Shown: piece by piece, positions 9,581 through 18,496 of the stretch | How the letters are laid out: each line of letters opens with the position of its first letter | How positions within the stretch are numbered: the first letter of the stretch is position 1 | Assembly (NCBI GenBank): GCA_965203555.1 | Contig: CBDBCY010000004.1 | Coordinates: 1,536,001 to 1,600,000, forward strand | Reading direction: 5' to 3' | DNA length: 64,000 nt | Source of the DNA: Acidimicrobiia bacterium | GTDB taxonomy: Bacteria > Actinomycetota > Acidimicrobiia > Spongiisociales > ZC4RG35 | Made by a program: the position numbers and the translations under genes | Notes under the pieces: model-generated | Told to the model about the DNA's origin: nothing | The model's input: only the letters and a program-made list of their open reading frames with translations | Databases searched by the model: none

Positions 9581-10390
9581 TCAGTTACCGGTGAAACGGG
9601 GCGATCGGCGCTCCATGAACGCCGCCACCGCCTCATTGAGATCATCGGACTCCAAAAAAGCGGTGTTCCACAGTGCCACGTAGTCCAGCGCTTCGCCCAC
9701 CGACCGGCCCTGCTCGGCGGCGAGCACGGCCTTGGCTCCCTGCACGGCCAGCGGGGAGTTGGAAGCGATCTGCCCAGCCCACTCCGCGGCGCCGACCAGC
9801 AGGGCTTTCCGATCGGGGTACACCTGGTTGACCAGTCCCATCTGTTCGGCCCGGGCGGCGTCGATGTCCTTGCCGGTGTACACCAACTCGGCCACATGGC
9901 CCGCAGAAACCAACCTGGGCAACCGCTCCAGCGTTCCCATGTCAGCCACCATCGCCATCCGGGTCTCTCGCACCGAGAACAGCGCGTCGGAGGCTGCCAG
10001 GCGAATATCGCAGGCGGTTATCAGGTCCATGCCTGCTCCGAGGCACCACCCGTGCACGGCCGCGATCACCGGAACCGCACATGATTCCAACGAGGAAAAG
10101 GTCTTCTGCAACTCCTTGAGGCGCAGGAACAGGGCTCGCTTGACCGCGGCGGGGGAACCGTGGGTGGGGGCCAAATCTCCCAGCATTGTCAGGTCGATAC
10201 CCACCGTGAACGCCCGACCGCGGCCGGTCACAATTATCACTCGAACCTCCGAACGAGCGCTCAACTCTTCCACCGCCCGGGGCAGGTCCTCCCATAGGTC
10301 CGGTGAAAAGGCATTCATTTTGTGGGGACGATTCAGCCACAGCCAGCCGACGTTCCCCTCCGTTTCGATTTCAATGTGCTTGTAACTCAC
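9581..10390 (-). CDS. Crotonase / enoyl-CoA hydratase-isomerase family protein
   Basis: LNRP.KMNA, AFTVGIDL, HGWCLGAGMDLITACDIR; GTG start at 10390 (or 10396). Confidence 0.9.
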   Translation of the reverse strand: MSYKHIEIETEGNVGWLWLNRPHKMNAFSPDLWEDLPRAVEELSARSEVRVIIVTGRGRAFTVGIDLTMLGDLAPTHGSPAAVKRALFLRLKELQKTFSSLESCAVPVIAAVHGWCLGAGMDLITACDIRLAASDALFSVRETRMAMVADMGTLERLPRLVSAGHVAELVYTGKDIDAARAEQMGLVNQVYPDRKALLVGAAEWAGQIASNSPLAVQGAKAVLAAEQGRSVGEALDYVALWNTAFLESDDLNEAVAAFMERRSPRFTGN

Positions 10391-10436
10391 AGCCACAAGG
10401 ATATAGACGCCAGGGAAGCTAGCCTTCCAAGCGTCG

Positions 10437-12035
10437 ATGCCAGTCCTCCCCACCAAAATCGACCGGTCGTCCCCGGACTTTCGATCCAACCGGGAGGCAA
10501 TGCTGACCGGGTTGTCCGAATTCGAGCAGCTAATGGCCAAAGCCCGGGAAGGGGGAGGACCCAAGTACGTGAGACGCCATCTGGCTCGGGGGAAACTTTT
10601 GGCCCGCCAGCGAATCGAAATGCTTCTGGACAGAGACTCTCCGTTCCTGGAGTTGTCGACCCTGGCTTGCTGGGGTACCGACAAGAAGTTGGGGGCGAAC
10701 CTGGTGACGGGGATCGGAGTGGTGGAAGGAGTGGAGTGCGTGATCTCCGCCAACGATCCCACCAGCCAGGCGGGATCCATGCACCGGACCGGCGTCGTGA
10801 AGGGCATGCGCGCCCAGGACATCGCCCGGGCCAACCGGTTGCCGCTGATCAGCCTGGTGGAGTCCGGCGGGGCGGTCCTTCCCGAGCAGGCCGAGGTGTT
10901 CGTGCGGGCGGGCGCGACTTTTCGCAACCTCACCCAACTTTCCCAGCTGGGCATCCCCACCATCGCGTTGGTGTTCGGCAATTCCACGGCCGGCGGCGCC
11001 TATCTGCCGGGGATGGCCGACTACGCGGTGATGGTAAAGGAGCGCGCCAAGGTGTTTTTGGGAGGACCACCGCTGGTGAAGATGGCCACCGGAGAGGAAT
11101 CCACCGACGAGGACCTGGGCGGAGCGGAGATGCACTCCCGGGTGTCGGGGCTGTCGGACTACTTCGCCGTCGACGAACTGGACGCCTTGCGAATCGGACG
11201 GGAGATCGTAGCCCATCTCAACTGGCGCAAGCAAGGCTATGGGCCGACCCATCCGGTTACCGAGCCGGAACACGACCCTGAGGATCTGTTGGGAATCATC
11301 CCCCAGGACCTGCGGATTCCTTTCGATATGCGAGAGGTCTTGGGCAGGGTCCTGGACGGCTCGGTGTTCGACGAGTACAAGGCTTTGTACGGCCCCTCGA
11401 TCGTGACCGGCTGGGGGTCGGTACACGGATTCGCGGTGGGGGTGGTGGCCAATCAGCAGGGGGTGATCTTCTCGGAGGAAGCCCACAAGGCCACCGAGTT
11501 CATCATGCTGTGCAACCGCTACGACGTCCCCATCATCTTCATCCACAACACCACCGGCTACATGGTGGGCCGCGATTACGAGCAGCGGGGGATCATCAAG
11601 GACGGGGCCAAGATGATCAACGCGGTGGCCAACTCCACCGTCCCCCACATTTCACTGCTGGCAGGGGTCTCCTACGGGGCGGGAAACTACGGGATGTCGG
11701 GAAGAGCATACGATCCTCGCTTCATGTTCGGTTGGCCCAATCACAAGATCGCGGTGATGGGACCCAAGCAACTGGCCGGGGTAATGTCCATTATCCGCCG
11801 GGCAGCCGCCGAGAGCCGGGGAGAACCCTACGACGACGATCTCGACGCTGCCGTCAGAGCCAAGATCGAGAACCAGATCTCGGCCGAAGAACTAGCCTAT
11901 TTCGCCACTTCCCGCATCTGGGACGACGGGTTGGTCGACCCCCGGGATACCCGCACCGTGCTGGGAATTGTTCTCTCTGCTGTCCACTCGGGGCCGGTGC
12001 AGGGTACCAGTTCCTTCGGCGTGTTCCGAATGTGA
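10437..12035 (+). CDS. Acyl-CoA carboxylase carboxyltransferase (beta) subunit, MCC/geranyl-CoA carboxylase-like
   Basis: RGKLLARQRI, ESGGA.LP.Q, GNSTAGGAY, GGPPLVKMATGE, GAGNYGM, FGVFRM C-terminus. Confidence 0.92.
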   Translation: MPVLPTKIDRSSPDFRSNREAMLTGLSEFEQLMAKAREGGGPKYVRRHLARGKLLARQRIEMLLDRDSPFLELSTLACWGTDKKLGANLVTGIGVVEGVECVISANDPTSQAGSMHRTGVVKGMRAQDIARANRLPLISLVESGGAVLPEQAEVFVRAGATFRNLTQLSQLGIPTIALVFGNSTAGGAYLPGMADYAVMVKERAKVFLGGPPLVKMATGEESTDEDLGGAEMHSRVSGLSDYFAVDELDALRIGREIVAHLNWRKQGYGPTHPVTEPEHDPEDLLGIIPQDLRIPFDMREVLGRVLDGSVFDEYKALYGPSIVTGWGSVHGFAVGVVANQQGVIFSEEAHKATEFIMLCNRYDVPIIFIHNTTGYMVGRDYEQRGIIKDGAKMINAVANSTVPHISLLAGVSYGAGNYGMSGRAYDPRFMFGWPNHKIAVMGPKQLAGVMSIIRRAAAESRGEPYDDDLDAAVRAKIENQISAEELAYFATSRIWDDGLVDPRDTRTVLGIVLSAVHSGPVQGTSSFGVFRM

Positions 12036-12427
12036 AGCCCCAACGGCTCCTCCAATGAGGATTCATTCTCCCGCGGGTTCGGTGAACCCAGAAGGGAACT
12101 CGGCATCTTTGTCACAGTCAAATCACATAGTGTGCTTATCAACAACCACCGTTCCTCGGGCAGGGTTCCACCCAAGCAACGGGATCACCACAGGCGGAAC
12201 AACACATCCGGCAAGGTTCCACCGGATACAACCGTCTTCACATTGCCGGAAACGGCTTCTCCAACCCGGGGTGGCCACGGCAGGCGTCAGCTTGCCCCCG
12301 CCTCGTTCCGACCCGGCATGGCGGCGGTGGGGGTGGGCCCGTAAGGGCTGATTCGCGGATAAGGCGAGGACGAACCCGAATTCTCCGCCTGGGAGGCCGA
12401 GGACTGTTAAAATTTGCTTATCTGACG

Positions 12428-14638
12428 TTGAATATTTTTCCACTGACGGCATGGAACCTCGCCGACAAGAGACGACTGGCCGGACTTGTCGGAGTTGCAG
12501 TGGTGTTGTTCGTCCTTGCCGGCTGCGGAGCGGTTGAAGAACAGAGCGCTCCCATCTCCGATGCTTCTCCCGCCACCGGCCCCGAAGGCGGGTTCGCAGG
12601 GACCGTGCGCATCGGCGCCGCTTTGAGCGAAACCGGCAAATTCGCGGTGGAGGGCCGCGACTCCCGGCAGGGGTACGACACATGGGTGAAGTGGGTGAAT
12701 GAACAATATGGCGGCATCAGGATCGACGGGAAACGCTACGCGGCGGAGATCATCTACTACGACGACGAGTCGGACGCCGATACCGCCGCCAACCTGGTGC
12801 AGAAACTCATCGACGACGACCGGGTCGACTTTCTGCTCGGTCCCTACTCGAGCGGTCTCACCACCGGCGCCAGCGCCATCGCCGAGGCGAACAACGTGAT
12901 CATGGTGGAGGGAAACGGGACCTCGGACACCATGTTCGAGCGCGGCTTCCGCAACCTGTTCCTGGTGGCCACGATCGCCAGCGACTACACGAAGTCGGGG
13001 ATCGAGTTGTTGGCCGGCCAAGGAGCGCGCCGCGCGGTGATCGCCTACGAGGACACCTCCTTTCCCACCTCCGTGGCAAACGGAGCGATCCGTCACCTCG
13101 AAGACAACGGCATAGAAGTCCTGGCGGTGGAAACCTACCCAAAGGACATACAGGATGTCTCGGCCATAATGACCAAGTTCCGGGATCTGGCGCCGGACAT
13201 CTTCGTGGGGGGAGGCCACTACAACGATGCGGTGCTGTTCGTGAACTCGGCCAAGGAACTGGGATTCGCCCCCCAGGGCATGCTGATCACCGTGGGTCCG
13301 TCCAACCCCAAGCTGGTCGAGGAACTGGGGGAGGATGTGAACGGCGTGCTGGGGCCCACCCAGTGGGAGCCGGTCATGGCCTACCAGGGTCCCTACTTCG
13401 GGTCGGCTTCCGACTTCGCCGCCTATTACGAGAGCCTGTGGGGAGAACCCCCTGTTTACCAGGCGGCCAGCGCCACCGCATCCGCCCTGGCTTTGCACCT
13501 CGCCATCGAGGCGGCCGACACCACCGACACCGATAAGGTGCGAGAGGCCCTCTATGCCCTGCAGGCCGACACTTTCTATGGCCCCATCTCCTTCGATGAC
13601 CGGGGCGTCAACACCGCCAAGCCGATGGGCACTGTCCAGGTGCAGGACGGTCAGATCCTGGTGGTGGCTCCCGCTGCCGCGGCAGTTGCCGAATACTCCC
13701 TTCCGACTGCGGGGACACTGCACCGCGGCACAGGATCCTTCGGCATGGACCGGTTGGCACAGGCCCTGATCAACGGCATCGCCCTGGGCGGCATGTACAC
13801 GATCCTGGTGCTGGGATTCTCCGTTATCTGGGGCGTGATGGGGGTGATCAACTTCGCCCACGGCGAGTTCGTGATGATCGGCGCCTACCTGGCTTGGCTG
13901 GCCAGCGAGATCTGGGGGGTGGACCCCTTTGCCTCGGCGCTTCTCGTCTTCGTGGTGATGCTGGCCTTGGGCTACGCCACGCAACGTCTGGTGGTGAACC
14001 CGATACTCGACCGCTCCCACCTGGTGTCGCTGCTGGTGATGTTCGGCGTGGCGATCATGTTGCAAAACGCCATGAAGCTCGTCTTCTCCGCCGACTTCCG
14101 CCGCACTGACACCGCCTTTGGAGGCGCCTGGGAACTGGCCGACGGAGTCACCGTGCCAGTGACCCGGTTTTGGATACTGCTCGTGGCCCTGGCTGTGGCG
14201 GCCGCCTTGACGCTGTTCCTGATGCACACCCGCCTCGGCAAGAGCATCAGGGCCGCTGCCCAGAATCGTGAGGCGGCCCGTATCGTCGGCATCGACGTCT
14301 CCAGAGTGTACGCGGTGACCTTTGCGATCTGCATCGGCATCACCGGCCTGGCAGGCGCCCTGATCAGCCCGGTGCTGGCCATCCAGCCATTCCAAGGCCC
14401 GCCGCTCACTCTCAAGGCCTTCGCCATCACCGCCATGGCAGGCCTTGGTTCGGTGCGGGGCGCCTTGGGCGGAGCGATGCTGCTGGGGATAGTGGAAGCC
14501 GGGCTCGCCATCTACATTCCCAGGATCGGCACCAACCTGGCGGTGGTGGCCTCCTTCGTGTTCCTGGTAGCGGCCCTGGTGTTGCGCCCCCAGGGTATCT
14601 TCCGGGGGCTGAGACCGGTGGACGCCACGGCATCATGA
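12428..14638 (+). CDS. Branched-chain amino acid-type ABC transporter: lipoprotein substrate-binding domain fused to LivH-type permease
   Basis: Lipobox LAGC, PBP1 motifs (YDDESD, LLGPYSSG), then in frame LINGIALGG...GVINFAHGEF...TRLGKSIRAAAQNREAARIVGI. Confidence 0.88.
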   Translation: MNIFPLTAWNLADKRRLAGLVGVAVVLFVLAGCGAVEEQSAPISDASPATGPEGGFAGTVRIGAALSETGKFAVEGRDSRQGYDTWVKWVNEQYGGIRIDGKRYAAEIIYYDDESDADTAANLVQKLIDDDRVDFLLGPYSSGLTTGASAIAEANNVIMVEGNGTSDTMFERGFRNLFLVATIASDYTKSGIELLAGQGARRAVIAYEDTSFPTSVANGAIRHLEDNGIEVLAVETYPKDIQDVSAIMTKFRDLAPDIFVGGGHYNDAVLFVNSAKELGFAPQGMLITVGPSNPKLVEELGEDVNGVLGPTQWEPVMAYQGPYFGSASDFAAYYESLWGEPPVYQAASATASALALHLAIEAADTTDTDKVREALYALQADTFYGPISFDDRGVNTAKPMGTVQVQDGQILVVAPAAAAVAEYSLPTAGTLHRGTGSFGMDRLAQALINGIALGGMYTILVLGFSVIWGVMGVINFAHGEFVMIGAYLAWLASEIWGVDPFASALLVFVVMLALGYATQRLVVNPILDRSHLVSLLVMFGVAIMLQNAMKLVFSADFRRTDTAFGGAWELADGVTVPVTRFWILLVALAVAAALTLFLMHTRLGKSIRAAAQNREAARIVGIDVSRVYAVTFAICIGITGLAGALISPVLAIQPFQGPPLTLKAFAITAMAGLGSVRGALGGAMLLGIVEAGLAIYIPRIGTNLAVVASFVFLVAALVLRPQGIFRGLRPVDATAS

Positions 14639-14668
14639 CTCAGACAGGCCTGAGAAAGAAGAGTCCTC

Positions 14669-15718
14669 ATGAATAGAGGCCCAATGACCGCCATCCACGA
14701 CAGGGGCGCCCAGCACTGTCGTCTGCGTCAGGCAGGCTGGGCCTTTTCGTCGATGGCGGTCGCCCTCCTTGTGGTGTTGCCGCTTTTGCCGACTGTAACC
14801 AACGCTACCCTTTTCACCCTCACGCTGATGCTGACCACCGTAGGGGTGGCCGTGAATTGGAATCTCACCGGCGGATTCACCGGCTACGTTGACTTCGGAC
14901 ACGCGGTGTGGTTCGGGATCGGCGCCTACACCACGGCCATATTCATGTCCCTGCAAAGCAACGGCCCGCAGATCGGCTGGTCGCCCATCCCCGCCATCGG
15001 GTTGGGCGCCTTGGTGGCCGGCATCCTGGCGGCGGCTATCGGCAGAGCGACCATGAGGCTCAAAGGACCTTACTTCTCGATCGCCATGCTGGGGACGTTC
15101 GTCGCCATGCGGGAGATCGTGCGGGTGTCGGGCATCACCGGCGGAGGGGTGGGACTCACACTGCCTCCCTACCTCAACCGATCGCTCTTCTACTACATAC
15201 AACTGGTGCTGGTGGTAGCGCTGGTGGCATTCACCTGGTGGCTGCGCCGGACCCGCTTCGGCGCTGGTCTGGTGGCGATCCGAGAAGACGAGATCGGTGC
15301 CGAGATGCGGGGTATCGACACCACCAGTCTCAAAGTCAGCGTATTCTGTTTCGCGGGCTTTTCCACCGGGTTGTTCGGAGGACTGTGGGCCTACCAGAAC
15401 ACCTTCGTCGATCCTGACATCGCCTTCGTGGAGGTGCGCACGATTGACGCGGTGATCAGCACGATGCTCGGGGGACTGGGCACTGTCGCCGGACCGGTGG
15501 TCGGCGCGGTGGTGCTGTACTGGCTGCGGGAGGTACTGTGGGCGAACCTTCTGGACTATCACCTGCTGACCCAGGGCGCCCTGTTGATCGTGATCGTCCT
15601 GTTCATACCGCGTGGTCTGGTGGGACTGGTTGATCGGCGAGGGACCTCGGTCACCGCCATGTGGAGACGCTGGGTGGGAAGCAAGACCACGCCCGTTGAG
15701 CGGGAGGACGACCCGTGA
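14669..15718 (+). CDS. Branched-chain amino acid ABC permease (LivM-type)
   Basis: WNLTGGFTGYVDFGHAVWFGIGAY, RLKGPYFSIAML, AIREDEIGA. Confidence 0.9.
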   Translation: MNRGPMTAIHDRGAQHCRLRQAGWAFSSMAVALLVVLPLLPTVTNATLFTLTLMLTTVGVAVNWNLTGGFTGYVDFGHAVWFGIGAYTTAIFMSLQSNGPQIGWSPIPAIGLGALVAGILAAAIGRATMRLKGPYFSIAMLGTFVAMREIVRVSGITGGGVGLTLPPYLNRSLFYYIQLVLVVALVAFTWWLRRTRFGAGLVAIREDEIGAEMRGIDTTSLKVSVFCFAGFSTGLFGGLWAYQNTFVDPDIAFVEVRTIDAVISTMLGGLGTVAGPVVGAVVLYWLREVLWANLLDYHLLTQGALLIVIVLFIPRGLVGLVDRRGTSVTAMWRRWVGSKTTPVEREDDP

Positions 15719-16473
15719 CGGCTTTGCTGCAAGCGCGAGGAGTGGTCAAGCGTTTCGGAGGGCTGACCGCCGTCGACGGAGTGGACATCAGCGTGGGGGA
15801 AGGTGAGATGGTGGGTCTCATCGGGCCGAACGGCAGTGGCAAGACCACTCTGTTTGACTGCCTGAGCAGAGTGACGGACATGGACGAGGGCTCTATCAGT
15901 TTCAATGGAACCGATATCACCGGCCACCGCCCCCATCAGGTGGCCCGCCTCGGTATGTCCCGCACCTTCCAACTGATCCGCGTCTACCGGGAGCTCACGG
16001 TCTCCGAAAACATGGAATTGAGCATCCAATGGGGCGAACTGGGTCTGAAACGGCTGTTCACCGGGACCGACCCGGGCACGCGGCGCCAGGTCGAGTCCCT
16101 GCTGGAGTTCCTGCTGCTGGCCCGGTTGCGAGGGGAGCGGGCCGGTGCCCTCTCGGGAGGCCAGCGGCGTCTTCTGGAGATAGGCATGGCTTTGATGAGC
16201 GACCCGAAACTGGTGCTGTTGGACGAGGCCACCTCCGGGGTGAATCCGACCCTGGTAGCCGACATCGCCGATCGCCTGCGGGAGGTGAACCAAGCCGACG
16301 GGGTGGCGTTTCTGCTGGTCGAGCACAACGTGCAGTTCGTTGCCGACCTCTGTCAAAGGGTGGTGGTGCTGGATCAGGGCGCCAAGCTGGCCGAAGGCAC
16401 TCCCCACGAGATCATGCACGACCCGGCGGTGATCGAAGCCTATTTCGGCGCCGAGGCAGGGGACCCGACATGA
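15715..16473 (+). CDS. ABC ATP-binding subunit (LivG-type)
   Basis: GPNGSGKTT, LSGGQRR, LLDE, VIEAYFG. Confidence 0.92.
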   Translation: MTALLQARGVVKRFGGLTAVDGVDISVGEGEMVGLIGPNGSGKTTLFDCLSRVTDMDEGSISFNGTDITGHRPHQVARLGMSRTFQLIRVYRELTVSENMELSIQWGELGLKRLFTGTDPGTRRQVESLLEFLLLARLRGERAGALSGGQRRLLEIGMALMSDPKLVLLDEATSGVNPTLVADIADRLREVNQADGVAFLLVEHNVQFVADLCQRVVVLDQGAKLAEGTPHEIMHDPAVIEAYFGAEAGDPT

Positions 16474-17207
16474 CCCCGGAGGATCGGCCGCTGCTCGAAC
16501 TGCGCAACGTCTGCGCCGGATATTACCCGGGCCATGACATCATCTCGGACATAAACCTGGAAGTAACCCAGGGCGAGATCGTGTGCGTGATCGGACCCAA
16601 CGGCGCCGGAAAGTCCACTGTATTCAAGGCAATCTACGGCTTGGCCCGGGTGAGTTCCGGCCACGTGCTGTGTGGCGGGCAGGACATCACCCATGTCGCT
16701 GCGGAGGACATGTTGCGTACCGCAGGGATAGCGATGGTGCCCCAGTTACGCAGCGTTTTCGCACAGATGACAGTGTATGAGAACCTCGAGTTGGGCATGT
16801 TCGTGGAAAGAGACAAAAAGCGAATCCGGAAGAGAATCGACTACGTGTTCGGGCTGTTCCCCCGGCTCGCCGAACGGTCCGCACAAGCCGCCGGCACCAT
16901 GTCAGGAGGGGAGCAAAGGATGCTGGAGATCGGGCGGTCTCTGATGCATGAGCCCCGTCTGGTGCTGATGGACGAGCCGTCTGCGGGATTGGCCCCGATC
17001 GTCACTCATCAGGTGTTCGAGTCTGTCCGCAGACTCAACCGGGAGATCGGTCTCACGGTGTTGATGATAGAACAGAACGCCCGCCAGGGACTCGAGACGA
17101 GCGATCGGGCCTATGTGTTGGAAATGGGACGCAACTCCTACCAGGGACCGGCCGAGGATCTGCTCGCCAGCCCGCAGGTGCGCAGGGCGTTCCTGGGCGC
17201 CCGCTGA
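16470..17207 (+). CDS. ABC ATP-binding subunit (LivF-type)
   Basis: GPNGAGKST, LFPRLAER, MSGGEQRML, DEPSAGLAP; ATGA overlap with the upstream gene. Confidence 0.92.
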   Translation: MTPEDRPLLELRNVCAGYYPGHDIISDINLEVTQGEIVCVIGPNGAGKSTVFKAIYGLARVSSGHVLCGGQDITHVAAEDMLRTAGIAMVPQLRSVFAQMTVYENLELGMFVERDKKRIRKRIDYVFGLFPRLAERSAQAAGTMSGGEQRMLEIGRSLMHEPRLVLMDEPSAGLAPIVTHQVFESVRRLNREIGLTVLMIEQNARQGLETSDRAYVLEMGRNSYQGPAEDLLASPQVRRAFLGAR

Positions 17208-17286
17208 CATAACACCCGGTCCACAGAAATGGATCGCGGTGTTTGCTCCCCACTCACCGCGGTCCCGGTTGTCTCCTGCCTCGCGC

Positions 17287-18489
17287 CTAGTAGAAGCTGG
17301 ACTTCTCAGCGTAAATGTGATCAGGCAATTTGTAGCTGATCCCCGCTTCATCGTATGCGGAAACCTCGAGCAGTCCCGTGAAGTAGGTGTATGGATTGTT
17401 GAAGAGCCTGGGAAAGCTCTTACCCATCAGCCGGCGAAGCCGACCCAGATTCCGGAAATTCAACAGCACCCCGAAGGAAGACTGCTTCGGATACCTCAGT
17501 TCGTCGGCAAGGGCATCGCCGATGAGTGCCCGGGAAATCTTGTAGGCATAGTTGGTGAGCTTCACGCGGGCATCGTGACCCGGTATGCCCGCAACATAGG
17601 GTGCGGAAGCGATCAGAGAATTGGACATCGCAATGGACTCGAGGCTGATGGGCGGTTCGCACATAACCCCTATCTTGAACACTCGCAAAGCGTCCTCCTC
17701 GGTCTGGAACAAAATGGTCTCGGGGATGCCCATCAAATATCCCATGTAGCGCCAAACGGCCATGAAGCTCTCTCGTTCTTCACCGTCGAAGGTGGCGCCC
17801 AATCCTTTCATGTGCCTGAGCAGCCTGGCCGAGAAGGCCGTTATGGAGTATCCCATGTGCGCTGAACTGAGTGGAACACCCCAGGCCTGCGAGTCCCAGT
17901 CCTCCGACGTTTTGAGAAGGTGCCGGACCTGGGCATGAATGATCCGGACCCGGACGGAGAGTTTCAGGCCGTCTCCGTCCCTGTCCAATCCGCCGGGGAG
18001 GAAAGACTCGACCATGTGCCGGTTGTTCTGTTTCAGACGCCTCACACCCTGGTCCCGCAGGCGTCCGGTAATGAAAAAGGACTTGCTGATATTTGTGGTG
18101 AAACCCTCCACCAGGACACCGCCCACGAAACCCACCAGAACCACTCTCGAATTCCTGTGGAACATCCGGATGCCAGGCTGAAACGCGGCAAAGTCCATCC
18201 AATCCGGTGGCGTATCCAGCTTTCGAAAGAAACGCACCAAGGTGGCAGGTGCGTCCTTGAGAATGTTCTCATCCCCGTCCATACCCGCTTCAATGAGGCG
18301 ATGGGCGTCCTTGGCAGGCATGGCGGCAAGGTCATCCACCATCACGTCAGCTTCGGGATCACCGATCTGTGTATGCCACACGTATCTGTCCGCCATTTCC
18401 GGATCCACCAGCCGCGCCTTTTGGTAACCCTCCTCGTAGTCGGACGGGATAGATGCAGGCGGCTCGAGTCCGTTCCCCTTGGCGTCCAT
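17287..18489 (-). CDS. MpaB/Lcp-like heme oxygenase family protein (DUF2236)
   Basis: GDPEAD, PPDWMD, RVRIIHAQVR, WGVPLS, WRYMGYLMGIP. Confidence 0.78.
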   Translation of the reverse strand: MDAKGNGLEPPASIPSDYEEGYQKARLVDPEMADRYVWHTQIGDPEADVMVDDLAAMPAKDAHRLIEAGMDGDENILKDAPATLVRFFRKLDTPPDWMDFAAFQPGIRMFHRNSRVVLVGFVGGVLVEGFTTNISKSFFITGRLRDQGVRRLKQNNRHMVESFLPGGLDRDGDGLKLSVRVRIIHAQVRHLLKTSEDWDSQAWGVPLSSAHMGYSITAFSARLLRHMKGLGATFDGEERESFMAVWRYMGYLMGIPETILFQTEEDALRVFKIGVMCEPPISLESIAMSNSLIASAPYVAGIPGHDARVKLTNYAYKISRALIGDALADELRYPKQSSFGVLLNFRNLGRLRRLMGKSFPRLFNNPYTYFTGLLEVSAYDEAGISYKLPDHIYAEKSSFY

Positions 18490-18496
18490 ATGCAGG

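Noticed and set aside
9581-10987. 468-aa version of the crotonase, and similarly extended starts for 18497-20932, 17287-18621, 59670-61106 and 16029-17207
   Set aside because: The extensions overlap neighbouring genes; shorter starts match the domain boundaries.
12036-12427. Possible riboswitch or ncRNA upstream of the ABC operon
   Set aside because: No recognisable consensus by eye; an Rfam/Infernal search would be needed.
12407-14395. 662-aa antisense ORF and many similar long shadow ORFs (e.g. 10530-11648, 46062-47363, 54311-55534)
   Set aside because: They lie opposite well-supported genes, have no motifs and are expected at high GC.
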